Origin: Candidatus Cloacimonadales bacterium
Lineage (GTDB): Bacteria; Cloacimonadota; Cloacimonadia; Cloacimonadales; JAFGVF01
Length of the DNA: 64,000 nt
Direction: 5' to 3'
Assembly (NCBI GenBank): GCA_963663475.2
Contig: CAXXJV010000001.1
Span: 2,816,001 to 2,880,000, forward strand
Position numbers and translations under genes: made by a program. Shown one piece after another: positions 29,922 through 39,600 of the stretch (the stretch's first letter is position 1; each line of letters opens with the position of its first letter). The notes under the pieces were generated by a model. It saw only the letters and a list, made by a program, of their open reading frames with translations, was not told where the DNA came from and ran no database searches.

Positions 29922-30190
29922 GGCTCAAGTTCAACCCAAATGGTGCAATAGAGCTTTAGAGAAGAGTGCTAGATTCTTTTAGCAAAATAGCTTACAGAAT
30001 TTTGACGCATATTTTTTATATATTCGGAGAAATAATGGAAGTTACTTTTGCAAGAGAATATAGTGCTATTCTCAAAGAACTATTGCATTATTTGGGTTCA
30101 AGTCTGGTGAGAAGAATATAGGAAATTGAGAATATTTCATTAAATTTCTGATTTACTTGAGTTTTTTTCCACCAAACTTGAACTTGAGCC
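29922..30190. mobile_element. Family B TIR element (about 102 bp empty), interrupted by a family A copy
   Basis: With the A copy removed: GGCTCAAGTTCAAGTCTGGTG ... CACCAAACTTGAACTTGAGCC, a 21-bp TIR with 1 mismatch; related ends at about 29874, 40423, 54964 and 56334-56346. Confidence 0.7.
29935..30096 (+). mobile_element. Family A element, full length (162 bp), nested in family B
   Basis: CCCAAATGGTGC...GCATTATTTGGG with a perfect TTCAA duplication (29930-34, 30097-101). Confidence 0.9.
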
Positions 30191-30214
30191 ATAAATATTA
30201 CATTAACTACTAAA

Positions 30215-30883
30215 TTATAGACCTAAGTCCCTAATAATTTTCCACACTTCAGAGAAGCATAACCTGCAATCAGATTCTTCAACTATACCCTTCTTTATCT
30301 GCTTAGATCGAGATAAACAGCTTTTCTCAGCATTAATACAAGCTTGTTGCAAATTATTCTTAGTAATAGAATAAATTTTCCCCTTTCCTTTTTGATAACT
30401 AGAAATATATTTATTTAAATCTCTTTCGTGATTCCTACACTTGTCACTTGTGTTGGGACTTGATTCATAATGATACAATAACCATGTTTCAAAACAGATA
30501 TAAGACTCAACAGGGACAACAGCTCGAGCCATCAGCTTATTTCTCTCATCAATGTAATTAATCATTTGTTTTTGATTGATTATACAGTCTAAGTCAAGCA
30601 CGAAATACACTTTTGTATTGTCATCAATATTATATTCATTAGATTTTCTTAAAATACTTTTCCAATTAGATTTATTAGAGAGTTCAGGTTTAATTCTTAT
30701 TCCTTTCTCTGCTTCCCTATTAGCTAATTCAGTGAAATAGTTTTGTTCGGTCTCTCCCTCACAAACTATTATGACAACAGATTGTTCCGCTCTTGTTCCT
30801 TTAGCTTCAAAAGTTGATTTATCTTTCTTAATTTGGGGAAGTTTTCTCTTTTTTTCCGCTCTTGTATTTCTTTTTCTTGCCAT
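30215..30883 (-). CDS. rloB: RloB family protein (AbiLii-like)
   Basis: IIVCEGETEQNYF, YFVLDLD, S..CFETWLLYHY. Confidence 0.85.
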   Translation of the reverse strand: MARKRNTRAEKKRKLPQIKKDKSTFEAKGTRAEQSVVIIVCEGETEQNYFTELANREAEKGIRIKPELSNKSNWKSILRKSNEYNIDDNTKVYFVLDLDCIINQKQMINYIDERNKLMARAVVPVESYICFETWLLYHYESSPNTSDKCRNHERDLNKYISSYQKGKGKIYSITKNNLQQACINAEKSCLSRSKQIKKGIVEESDCRLCFSEVWKIIRDLGL

Positions 30884-30888
30884 AAAAA

Positions 30889-32208
30889 TTAGTCTATAGT
30901 CTCTACTTGTTGTTTAATATTAGGAACAGCTCCATAGTTTCCTATCAAGTACTTCTTCATCACATTTTCTCTCTTTAAGTTATTAAAATCAATTAAACTG
31001 AAAAGCTCTGTTTGCCCAGTTTCTCGTTTTTCAGCAAACCAGATAACATCATAACGCATAATATCCCAGGCTAAAAATAGTGGGTTATGAGTAGTAACTA
31101 TAAGCTGAGAATCTGAACTATTCTTTAAGAACATTAATAAAAGAAGTTTCTGTAAATCATAATGAAGAGAGTTTTCTATTTCATCGAATAACATTAGCAT
31201 CGACTCTTTATTAGATATATAAAATGGCGCTAATAAACTAAAATAACGAAGAGTACCATCAGATTCTTGATTTGAACTAAACTGTTGAAGTATTTCAGTA
31301 TCACCTTTTTTTACAGTATGTTGAAAATTTAAATCATATTTATTTATAGTCTTTATTTTGTCTAATGCTTCAATCAGTTCAGTATCATTATCTTTTTTTG
31401 CGAAAAGATTATATACCTGTTTAGTGAAGACATCAATTTCCTTCTGCTCTTTTTCTATCTGAATATTAGAGATATTGAAATCAGCATTTATCATAAGTTC
31501 TTTAAATTTCCCTAGTAATGTCTGGTTCTTTTCTAGAAAATCAACTGTAAATTTGAGGGTAGATGTTCTATTATCAATAATCATTGAGCTTCTACTCTTA
31601 TACCATTCCCAAACATTTTTAGCATGTTCAAAGAGTGGATTAACTCTATTAAAAACAGATAAGATTGTATTATGTTTAATAGTATTTGCTAAAATTACTT
31701 CTCTGTCAGCTTTGGATAGGGATATAGTTGAGCCAACTTTCAATATCATTCCTCTCTCATTATCATCATCTTTTGTCCTTTCAAACACTAATGCTGGTTG
31801 TATTGAAGGATAGTATTCTAACTTCTCTTTATAAATTTCTTCAGATGTAAAGTTTATTTCATATTTATAGCGAATATAATTATCTACTTTTTTTACTAAA
31901 AAATTAGCTTTTAGAGTAGATGGTTGATTCGTGAATACTGGGTCTAAAAGAAAAGGCTTGCTATTAATTTCTTTGTCAATATCTCGCTTATCCAGAATCA
32001 ATTCATTCAAAAGAGAAAAACATTTTAGTATATTTGTTTTACCAGAAGCATTTGCTCCATAGATCATTAGCATTTTAAGTAATTTATACTTACCAATTTC
32101 TACTACAAAATCTTTCTCATAGTCCATTATTTTATGGTAAGCTTCAAAACTAAAGGTTTGTTCTTTACCAAATGAAAACAAATTTTTTACTGATAGATCT
32201 ATGTACAT
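30889..32208 (-). CDS. AAA_21 (RloA/AbiLi-like) ATPase
   Basis: V.NL.SF, IYGANASGKTN, ESDGTLR, FDEIENSLH, QLIVTTH, D.IWF.EK, YL.G.YGAVP. Confidence 0.85.
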   Translation of the reverse strand: MYIDLSVKNLFSFGKEQTFSFEAYHKIMDYEKDFVVEIGKYKLLKMLMIYGANASGKTNILKCFSLLNELILDKRDIDKEINSKPFLLDPVFTNQPSTLKANFLVKKVDNYIRYKYEINFTSEEIYKEKLEYYPSIQPALVFERTKDDDNERGMILKVGSTISLSKADREVILANTIKHNTILSVFNRVNPLFEHAKNVWEWYKSRSSMIIDNRTSTLKFTVDFLEKNQTLLGKFKELMINADFNISNIQIEKEQKEIDVFTKQVYNLFAKKDNDTELIEALDKIKTINKYDLNFQHTVKKGDTEILQQFSSNQESDGTLRYFSLLAPFYISNKESMLMLFDEIENSLHYDLQKLLLLMFLKNSSDSQLIVTTHNPLFLAWDIMRYDVIWFAEKRETGQTELFSLIDFNNLKRENVMKKYLIGNYGAVPNIKQQVETID

Positions 32209-32295
32209 TTTTACCTCTATTTCATATATTTGCAATTTTATGCATAATTTAGCAATTATAATGTGTATGTCAAGCATTATCTTCATTTAATTTAA

Positions 32296-32384
32296 CCGAA
32301 TGGTCCAGTAGAACTTTGATAATACTTCGCTAAAGCTAGGTATCACAGGTGAAGAGTGCTAGATTCTTTTAGCAAAATAAGTTA
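32296..32384 (+). mobile_element. Family A left half carrying the 30-bp internal module, 3' truncated
   Basis: TTTAA-CCGAATGGTCCAGTAGAACTTTG-[ATAATACTTCGCTAAAGCTAGGTATCACAGG]-TGAAGAGTGCTAGATTCTTTTAGCAAAATAAGTTA. Confidence 0.75.
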
Positions 32385-32405
32385 AATTTTTCATATACAT
32401 AATAA

Positions 32406-32467
32406 CCCAGGGTTGCAATCACTTCAGGATTTTACCCTGGGCTAATCTATTAATCCCCGATGGGGAT
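32406..32467. repeat. REP-like palindromes
   Basis: CCCAGGGT...ACCCTGGG stem followed by an ATCCCCGATGGGGAT hairpin. Confidence 0.5.
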
Positions 32468-32556
32468 ATTATTATGGATAATCAGACTAATGAAAAAAAT
32501 TATTAATGTAATAATATTCTTCCACTAGACTTTAGCCACAAAGAACTTATTATTTC

Positions 32557-35500
32557 TTAATCACAATAAGCTTGTATCTTAAAGAATATTTTAGGTAATA
32601 CAGATCCTATATTCTCAAATATATACTGATTATCATAGGTTGAGTCATAATAGTTTGACCCATCAAGTTCAAAATCAGGATTTTCAGAGACAAAAATATC
32701 ATAAATTACATCATCAATACTATTGCCATTAGTATCTTCTATCACAGGATCCCAGGTTAAAATCAAGCTATCTTCCTGCCAAGTAAGGGTAAGATTCTCA
32801 GGTTTCCTAGGTTTAGCATCACTGCTTGTAGTGAAGGTAATCTCATCAGAAAAGGTCATATTACCAGCTATATCCACAGCTGCCACTCTTAGATAATACT
32901 GGGTATTAGCTTGTAGATTAACAAGATCAAAGATATTCAAATTAGAACCCACTTGTCCTAATTGTGGATATTGATCCCAAGAAACATAATTAGATTCTGA
33001 ATTTACTCCAGGCTGAAAGCTGAAGTAAATCCTGTAACCGAGAAAGTTATCATCACCACTAGGAGTCCAACCTATTTGAACCGTACTTGTAGTAGTAAGT
33101 CCTAAGAGAAGGTCAGATATAGCTTGTGGGTAAGAAGAATCAATGTTAAGTATCCAATCATCTTCAATCCCTTCAATCTGATTACTTCCTGTATAAACAT
33201 AGCCAAAACCATCAATATCTTTAGCACGAAATTCAAAGCTAAGATTTGTTCCATCAATTAAATAATTTGCTATAACAGATACATTTAGAAGATAGTCACC
33301 TTGGGGAGTCATATTTCCAGACCTATTTCTAAGTAGACTTGATTCTCTGGCAAAAGCATCCAGCCATAGTTCATCTTGATCATACAAGCCATTTCCATTA
33401 GCATCAATCCTATATTGAACACTACTAGGGTCAATCCCATAAGCATCAATTATCTTGCAAGAGAGGTTAACCTCTTGACTATTTAGATAAGGCAGAGGTT
33501 GGATTTGAGCAGGCTGAATATCAGAGAAAACTGGTAATTGACTAGGAAGCACATTTGTAGCAATGTTAGATAATTCACTTGCATTTCCTGCTTTATCAAT
33601 AACCAGAATAGCAAACCAGTATCTTTGATTTTCTTGTAAGCCAGCAATTGTAGTTGAAGTGGTAGAGTTGATACTTAGATTTGGATCAGAATCTGAAGAA
33701 AATAGATAATCCTCACTTGTGATTAGTGGACTTGCAGAATAATAAATCTCATAACTTAAAAAATCATCTGCTAAGTAAGGAGTCCACTCCAAGCTAAGAG
33801 AAGTAGAATTAACTTCAGTAGTAGTTAAATCTTCAATACTAGCAGGAGCTTGACTATCAATATTGAAAGTAAAATCATCTTCTATACCAGCTTCATTAGC
33901 AGAACCACTATAAGCAAAGAGAGAATTTTGACTATCATAACATTTTACTTCTATTTTGTAGTTAAGTCCATCATTATCAACAGACAATGGTAGCTGGATA
34001 TCAAGTTGAGAACTATTGAAGTAACCACTTATAGCTTGCCAGTCTTCCTCAAGATCATAAATACCATTATTATCAGCATCAAATCTATAAAATAAACTTG
34101 TTGCATCAACCATCACATCATCAGTAACTATAAGAGAAATAACTGGATTAAGAGTCGAGAAGTAATAGTCTTCTTGGGTAACGAAAGTAATATTTGGCTT
34201 ACTTGTAGGAGTGGCTGCAATAATTTCAGACCATTCAGAGACATTACCACTCACATCGCTAGACCTAATAGCAAAATAGTAAGTTTCATTATAGTTGAGG
34301 TTACTTATGCTAGTTGAACTTGTTTCCTGAATATAGAGATCACCATCATTTAAACCATTCCAGATAAAGACTTGGTCAGTTAGGTCAGGTCCATCCATTA
34401 CCGCTATTTCATATTGATTAAAGAAGTTATTTTCAATAGGAGTCCACTGAAAACTAAGATTATCACTAGTAGCATTAATAAGGTTAAGATTAGTTACAGG
34501 AGCAGGAGGAAGATAATTGCCCACTATTCCGGTAAGCTGAAAATTATCAATTTTCCAGTAGTTAGAAGCTAGGGTTGAAGAAGTATATTGCCATCTAAAT
34601 CTAACATCAGCATTGTTAGCAACTTGTGGTAATTGGACACTATAGCTTGCTGTAGAACTACCTGTGAAGCTTTCTATATTATAGTAAGTAAAGCCATTAA
34701 GTGAATATTGTAAGATTGCAGACACACCAAAAGGTAAATCATATTCTTGGTCAAAAGCTAATTGAAGCTCATAAATACCTGAGAGATCATATGATTTACT
34801 AGTTAGTCTTTGTGTTCTTGATATACGTGGATTTAAAACTCGCATAGCATAGTCATCAGTAAAAAAGTTTACAGCTTGCCAAGATCCACCACTAGCATTC
34901 CAGCCAAGAGGTAAAGAACCTGCATGGTCAAAATCTTCAAGTGCTTGATAGCCTGCTTGCACCCTAATAAGCATTACTTGGGATACTGATTGATTATATT
35001 CATCACTGGCTGTAACAGTAACTCTTTGGACACCAACCCAAGCAGGATTAGGTGTAATCTCAAATGAATCATCATTATAGCTAATACTAATATTATGGTT
35101 ACCAGTAAAGGAATAAGTTAACTCTGAATCAACATCTGCAAAATAGGAGCTGATTGATTCCAAAATAAAACTAGAATTCATTAATACTTGAATTTCTGAG
35201 AAAGAATTGAGAATTACAGGCCCATCATTAAGAGGATTGACCATAATGTTTAGGTCAAGAGTAAGACTTTCATTCATACTAACTTGATCATTTACTATCT
35301 GGCCATCAAGATTAATAACTTGGTCTTCCTCAACTCTTAATACTATATTTTCTTGTCCAAACCAATCTTCTTGAGGAGTAAGTGATAAGATATTATCAAC
35401 TATTTGACAGGAAATATGTTCATTGCCTGAAATAGAATATGTTAGCAGGTTATCAACATCAAAAAAATAGTCATTGAGATTAAGAGAATATTCTTGGTAA

Positions 35501-36624
35501 TCTTCATCTATTTCAATCTCAGGTAAACTTTGTTCTTGCTGAATCTCATCATTTACATTAGTAACTTGCACCAGAATATTCTGATTAGTTTCATATCCAT
35601 AGCTATCAGAAATTATTAAATTTATCTCTTTACTTCCAAACCAATTTGCAAGTGCAGAAAAGCTTATTTGACCATTCTCATAAGTCAAACTAATATCTTC
35701 TTCAGCAAGCAGACTTACATAGAGGCTATCCCCTTGATTTAAATCACCATCAGAAACATAGTCCAAAAGACTGTAAGCAAGTAAGCTTTGATCTTCAGCC
35801 CAAACTAGATCTTCAAAAGGATAATCAATTTGGGGGGCTTGAGGATTATTGGCTATAAATAAATTTAGATCTAATTCTGAAGATAAATTATCTTCATTTT
35901 CAGCAATAAGAGTCATAGAATAACTTCCTGCTGAATAATAATCTGTTTGCCAGTTAAAATTAGCAGAACCATCTCCGTTATCAAGAAAGCTAGCTTGCTC
36001 AGGAAGATTAGCCAAAGATAATGTCAAATCCCTATCAAGAGGATCTTGCACCTGCATAGTAAGGTTTAGATTATCTCCTTCAATAAAGAGGCTATCTTGC
36101 ACAGGACTTATCTGAGGATAAGGTATACCTAAATAGACTCTTCCATCATGAAACTCAGCCTGAGGTTGCCCTTCATTTAGAGCAGCTAAGGCAAAGGTCA
36201 ATTCTGAAATAGAATCTTCTTGTCCTTGACTTGTTATCAGAAGATTTAACATAAGACCATTATCTGTGAAAGGAGTAAGACCATAATGAGAAATTCTAAC
36301 TTCATTATTTATTATATTCCAAACTGGTTGATTCCACTGGTCTGTTACTTGTCCTTGAACAACATCAATAATGTTTATGACACTAGGGTCAAAAGCAATT
36401 CTGAAATAAGTTGAATAGATTTCTTGTCCAGACAGTCCGCTAATTTCCAAGGCTAAGCTAAGAGTATCATTGAGACTCATAGCTTCTTTAGCTAAAGAAA
36501 CATGGACAGAAGGGTCCAGGATTCCAGAGTCAATCTTATTAGTACTTTGAATTGCCTGTCCTAAACTAGCCCATACTAGGATTAACAGAATCAGTGGGAC
36601 TACTGATCTTTTATATTTCATCAT
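32557..36624 (-). CDS. Large secreted scaffold-like protein: cohesin-like domain, cadherin/tandem-95-like repeats, three or more FN3-like domains
   Basis: Signal peptide; cohesin-like region (F.IAFDP.VI.I.DV..G); repeats ending V.NVND/V.PLND with W.G motifs; FN3-like W.P...Y.I..S...L.....YYFAI...D..GN.S. Confidence 0.75.
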   Translation of the reverse strand: MMKYKRSVVPLILLILVWASLGQAIQSTNKIDSGILDPSVHVSLAKEAMSLNDTLSLALEISGLSGQEIYSTYFRIAFDPSVINIIDVVQGQVTDQWNQPVWNIINNEVRISHYGLTPFTDNGLMLNLLITSQGQEDSISELTFALAALNEGQPQAEFHDGRVYLGIPYPQISPVQDSLFIEGDNLNLTMQVQDPLDRDLTLSLANLPEQASFLDNGDGSANFNWQTDYYSAGSYSMTLIAENEDNLSSELDLNLFIANNPQAPQIDYPFEDLVWAEDQSLLAYSLLDYVSDGDLNQGDSLYVSLLAEEDISLTYENGQISFSALANWFGSKEINLIISDSYGYETNQNILVQVTNVNDEIQQEQSLPEIEIDEDYQEYSLNLNDYFFDVDNLLTYSISGNEHISCQIVDNILSLTPQEDWFGQENIVLRVEEDQVINLDGQIVNDQVSMNESLTLDLNIMVNPLNDGPVILNSFSEIQVLMNSSFILESISSYFADVDSELTYSFTGNHNISISYNDDSFEITPNPAWVGVQRVTVTASDEYNQSVSQVMLIRVQAGYQALEDFDHAGSLPLGWNASGGSWQAVNFFTDDYAMRVLNPRISRTQRLTSKSYDLSGIYELQLAFDQEYDLPFGVSAILQYSLNGFTYYNIESFTGSSTASYSVQLPQVANNADVRFRWQYTSSTLASNYWKIDNFQLTGIVGNYLPPAPVTNLNLINATSDNLSFQWTPIENNFFNQYEIAVMDGPDLTDQVFIWNGLNDGDLYIQETSSTSISNLNYNETYYFAIRSSDVSGNVSEWSEIIAATPTSKPNITFVTQEDYYFSTLNPVISLIVTDDVMVDATSLFYRFDADNNGIYDLEEDWQAISGYFNSSQLDIQLPLSVDNDGLNYKIEVKCYDSQNSLFAYSGSANEAGIEDDFTFNIDSQAPASIEDLTTTEVNSTSLSLEWTPYLADDFLSYEIYYSASPLITSEDYLFSSDSDPNLSINSTTSTTIAGLQENQRYWFAILVIDKAGNASELSNIATNVLPSQLPVFSDIQPAQIQPLPYLNSQEVNLSCKIIDAYGIDPSSVQYRIDANGNGLYDQDELWLDAFARESSLLRNRSGNMTPQGDYLLNVSVIANYLIDGTNLSFEFRAKDIDGFGYVYTGSNQIEGIEDDWILNIDSSYPQAISDLLLGLTTTSTVQIGWTPSGDDNFLGYRIYFSFQPGVNSESNYVSWDQYPQLGQVGSNLNIFDLVNLQANTQYYLRVAAVDIAGNMTFSDEITFTTSSDAKPRKPENLTLTWQEDSLILTWDPVIEDTNGNSIDDVIYDIFVSENPDFELDGSNYYDSTYDNQYIFENIGSVLPKIFFKIQAYCD

Positions 36625-36629
36625 TACCC

Positions 36630-39600
36630 CTATTTCATCAAGATCATTTTAATTGTCTTTTGATAACCATCCGCCATTTTAATCTTTGTGAAGTAAATAC
36701 CACTAGACAATTCTTCTGCATTCCAAGAAATATTATGACGTCCACTAGCTAATTCATTATCGAGTAAAGAAGTTACTTTCTGACCTTTTAAGTTATAGAT
36801 ATCAATTTTTACTCTCTGTTCTTTAGCGTTATAGAAACTAATGGTAGTTCTAGGATTGAAAGGATTTGGATAGTTTTGATAGACTTGACCACTAGCTTGT
36901 GTAACTTCATTATTATTACTTGTTATTGTTGAGTTATTTTCATCTACGACTAAGCTAAGAACTTGAAGATGGGATAAGTCAGCCCCATTTAGTTTTCTAA
37001 ATTTAGCAATTATTGATTCAGTTGGATCTTGTAAATTAACAGAGTAGGAAGCTGTTTTTAAAAGACCTGCTTGACCATTAGCAAATGAAGTTAATCCATT
37101 TTGGGAATCAGGTGTTATAAACTCAACAAACTCAAGAGTTTCAGGATTATATGCAACTTTTGAAGCTAGAGCATAGAAGCTTTCAGAAATTGCAATATCT
37201 AAGAAGATAAAATCTTCATCTTCATAAGTTTGATAAGTTACACATTCTGAGATAGTGTTATCTCTAGTATTTTCCCAGTTTCCTGAAACATCACCAATTG
37301 CTATTCCCATAAAAGTTCTAGGTGTGAAGGCTGGTGATAGTAAAAATTCATGGTTTTCAGGAGTAAAGACCATCTGACCAGCAGGAAATTCAGTAACCAT
37401 ACCAACACTATAACGAGCAATTTGACCAGCATCATAAATATCAACATCGCCATCCCCATCAACATTACCAGCTACAATTTGATTCCCATCTAAGTTTATA
37501 AGACCTAGAGCATAACGTGCTACCATAGAAGCATCTAATGGGCTTATCAACATTTCGGATAATGTTCCTGTAAATTCAGCAGTTAGATTATAGTCTCCAT
37601 AATAATAGTCATTAAAAAGAAACTCACCTGAGTCATTACTAGTTGTTTGCCCTTGAGAGAAACCAAGAGCAGTAACATTTACATCAGGAATTGGACCATT
37701 ATTGCTATAGTAATTTGTCCATCCTGAAACATCATAAACATTTCTTAAGGTAAAGAGTCCAGATTCTATTGTTGGTTCTGGTGAGCCGTTATTATACTGG
37801 AAGTTGTTAATTGTTATATCTGTGTTCTGTAAGTCTTGTCCAGACTCATTAACTAAGAACTTCAGCTGGAAGAGGTCTCCTGAACCATTCAAATTATCAA
37901 CACTGAAACCATTAACAGCTACTTCGCCCATAATTTGACCATTAGTATTAACTGTCCAATCTTGAGTTAAGCAAGCTTCAGTAGAAGTTTCTAGATAAGT
38001 TAATAAGGAAGGAGTAAATCCTATAGTTATCTGGAAGGAGTTTAGATCAAAGTTTTCATAAGCATTTAGGGCTTGCAGGGAAACAGAGATAGTATCACCT
38101 GCTGAAGCATAGTAGTCATCAATTACTACTTTCAGTTCACCTACCATAACTTGTCCAGGAGCAAAAGAAGTGACTGGGCTATTAACACCATCATCTATAA
38201 TAGCATAGATGTAGTACTTTCCATAAGGAGTATCAGTAAAATCCCATTCATAAGAAAAATCATTGTCTTCTTGTAAATTATTTGTAATCAAAGTTCCATT
38301 TTCATCATTTACACTATTGTAGAAAAGGCTTATTTGAGCATTATCATCATAATCTGAAGCAATCCAGGAAATAGTAGTAGATGTAGGATTGATTTCTAAT
38401 GACATTGGGCTTGTAAGACTTATGCTTGCAGGGGTATTTATTAAATCACAACCAGCCTCTGTTATTCTACTTACCATTGCTCCCTCATAATTTGCTGTAC
38501 CAGCAAGATCTTGAGCTACTAATGAATCTATACCTGTAACTTGTCCCCACCAGTTATTCTGTAAAATAGCGCTTGTATTGGCTAAATTAACAACTGAAAC
38601 AAAATAGTTAAGATTGTATTTAATATTCGATATCCAAGCTCTTGGATTAGGAACATTTTGTGTGTTATACATGTTCAAGACTAAATCTGTTCGATTGGAT
38701 ATAAGCTCATTTATATCACCTGAAACTGTCTGTGTTGACATATCATAATAGGTATAATAACTAGAGAAGTAATAAGTAAATTCATCAACAAGATAGTTAC
38801 TATCATTAGCCTCAAACCTTGTATAGTTTCGATAGTACCTGTAAGAGGATGAGGAAGTACTACAATAATAGTTATCTCCATCTTTCTTGTAGGTAATTCT
38901 CTCAATGTACATTGGTGCATAAGCAGGATTTAACTTTTCATATAAATCTAATGGCATTGTAGTAGAACCTGATGTAGTTCTCCATTCATACTCGTCTTCA
39001 GTATCATAGTCATATGAAGCTATTTCATAACCATTATTAGTGATATTTGAGTAAGTAATTGAAGGTTCAGCCCTAAAAATTGATATACCACCAAATCTAT
39101 TATCTTCTATATTACAGTAAGTAAATTCAGCAGGAACACTAGAGATACTTACACCAAATAAATTACTGGAAATTGTGGTATTGTTAAATGAAGGTACACC
39201 ATTAGTTGAGCTTATTCTAACACCAGCACCATTGTTATTATTGACCTGACAATTGTTAAAACTAGGACTCATGTTTTCAATAAGAATTCCGTTTCCACTA
39301 TTACTATTGAACCTAGAATCTGTAAAAGATACTGTTTGAGTGTTATCAAGCCATAATCCATGAGATCCACTTCTGGCTACATTGACACGTGTCCCTGCAA
39401 TTGTTACTGGTGAATCAGCTTTTAATCCTAAGTTACCTGAATTACCAATGGAAAGGTCTGTCATATTTACACTTCCTGATTCGATAAACATACCATTTTG
39501 GCTAGTATTCTCAATAATAGTATCAATAAACCTAGTCATATTTATTGTGTTATCAATCTTAACACCATATTCTTCAGAATTAATTATTTTCAAATTGTTT

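Noticed and set aside
29929-30102. Family A copies as integron attC sites (flanks resemble RYYYAAC...GTTRRRY and the body is an imperfect hairpin)
   Set aside because: The AAC/GTT look comes from TTNAA duplications next to CCC/GGG ends. The nested copy has ATAAT flanks with no AAC/GTT, copies are scattered in both orientations among housekeeping genes, and there is no IntI.
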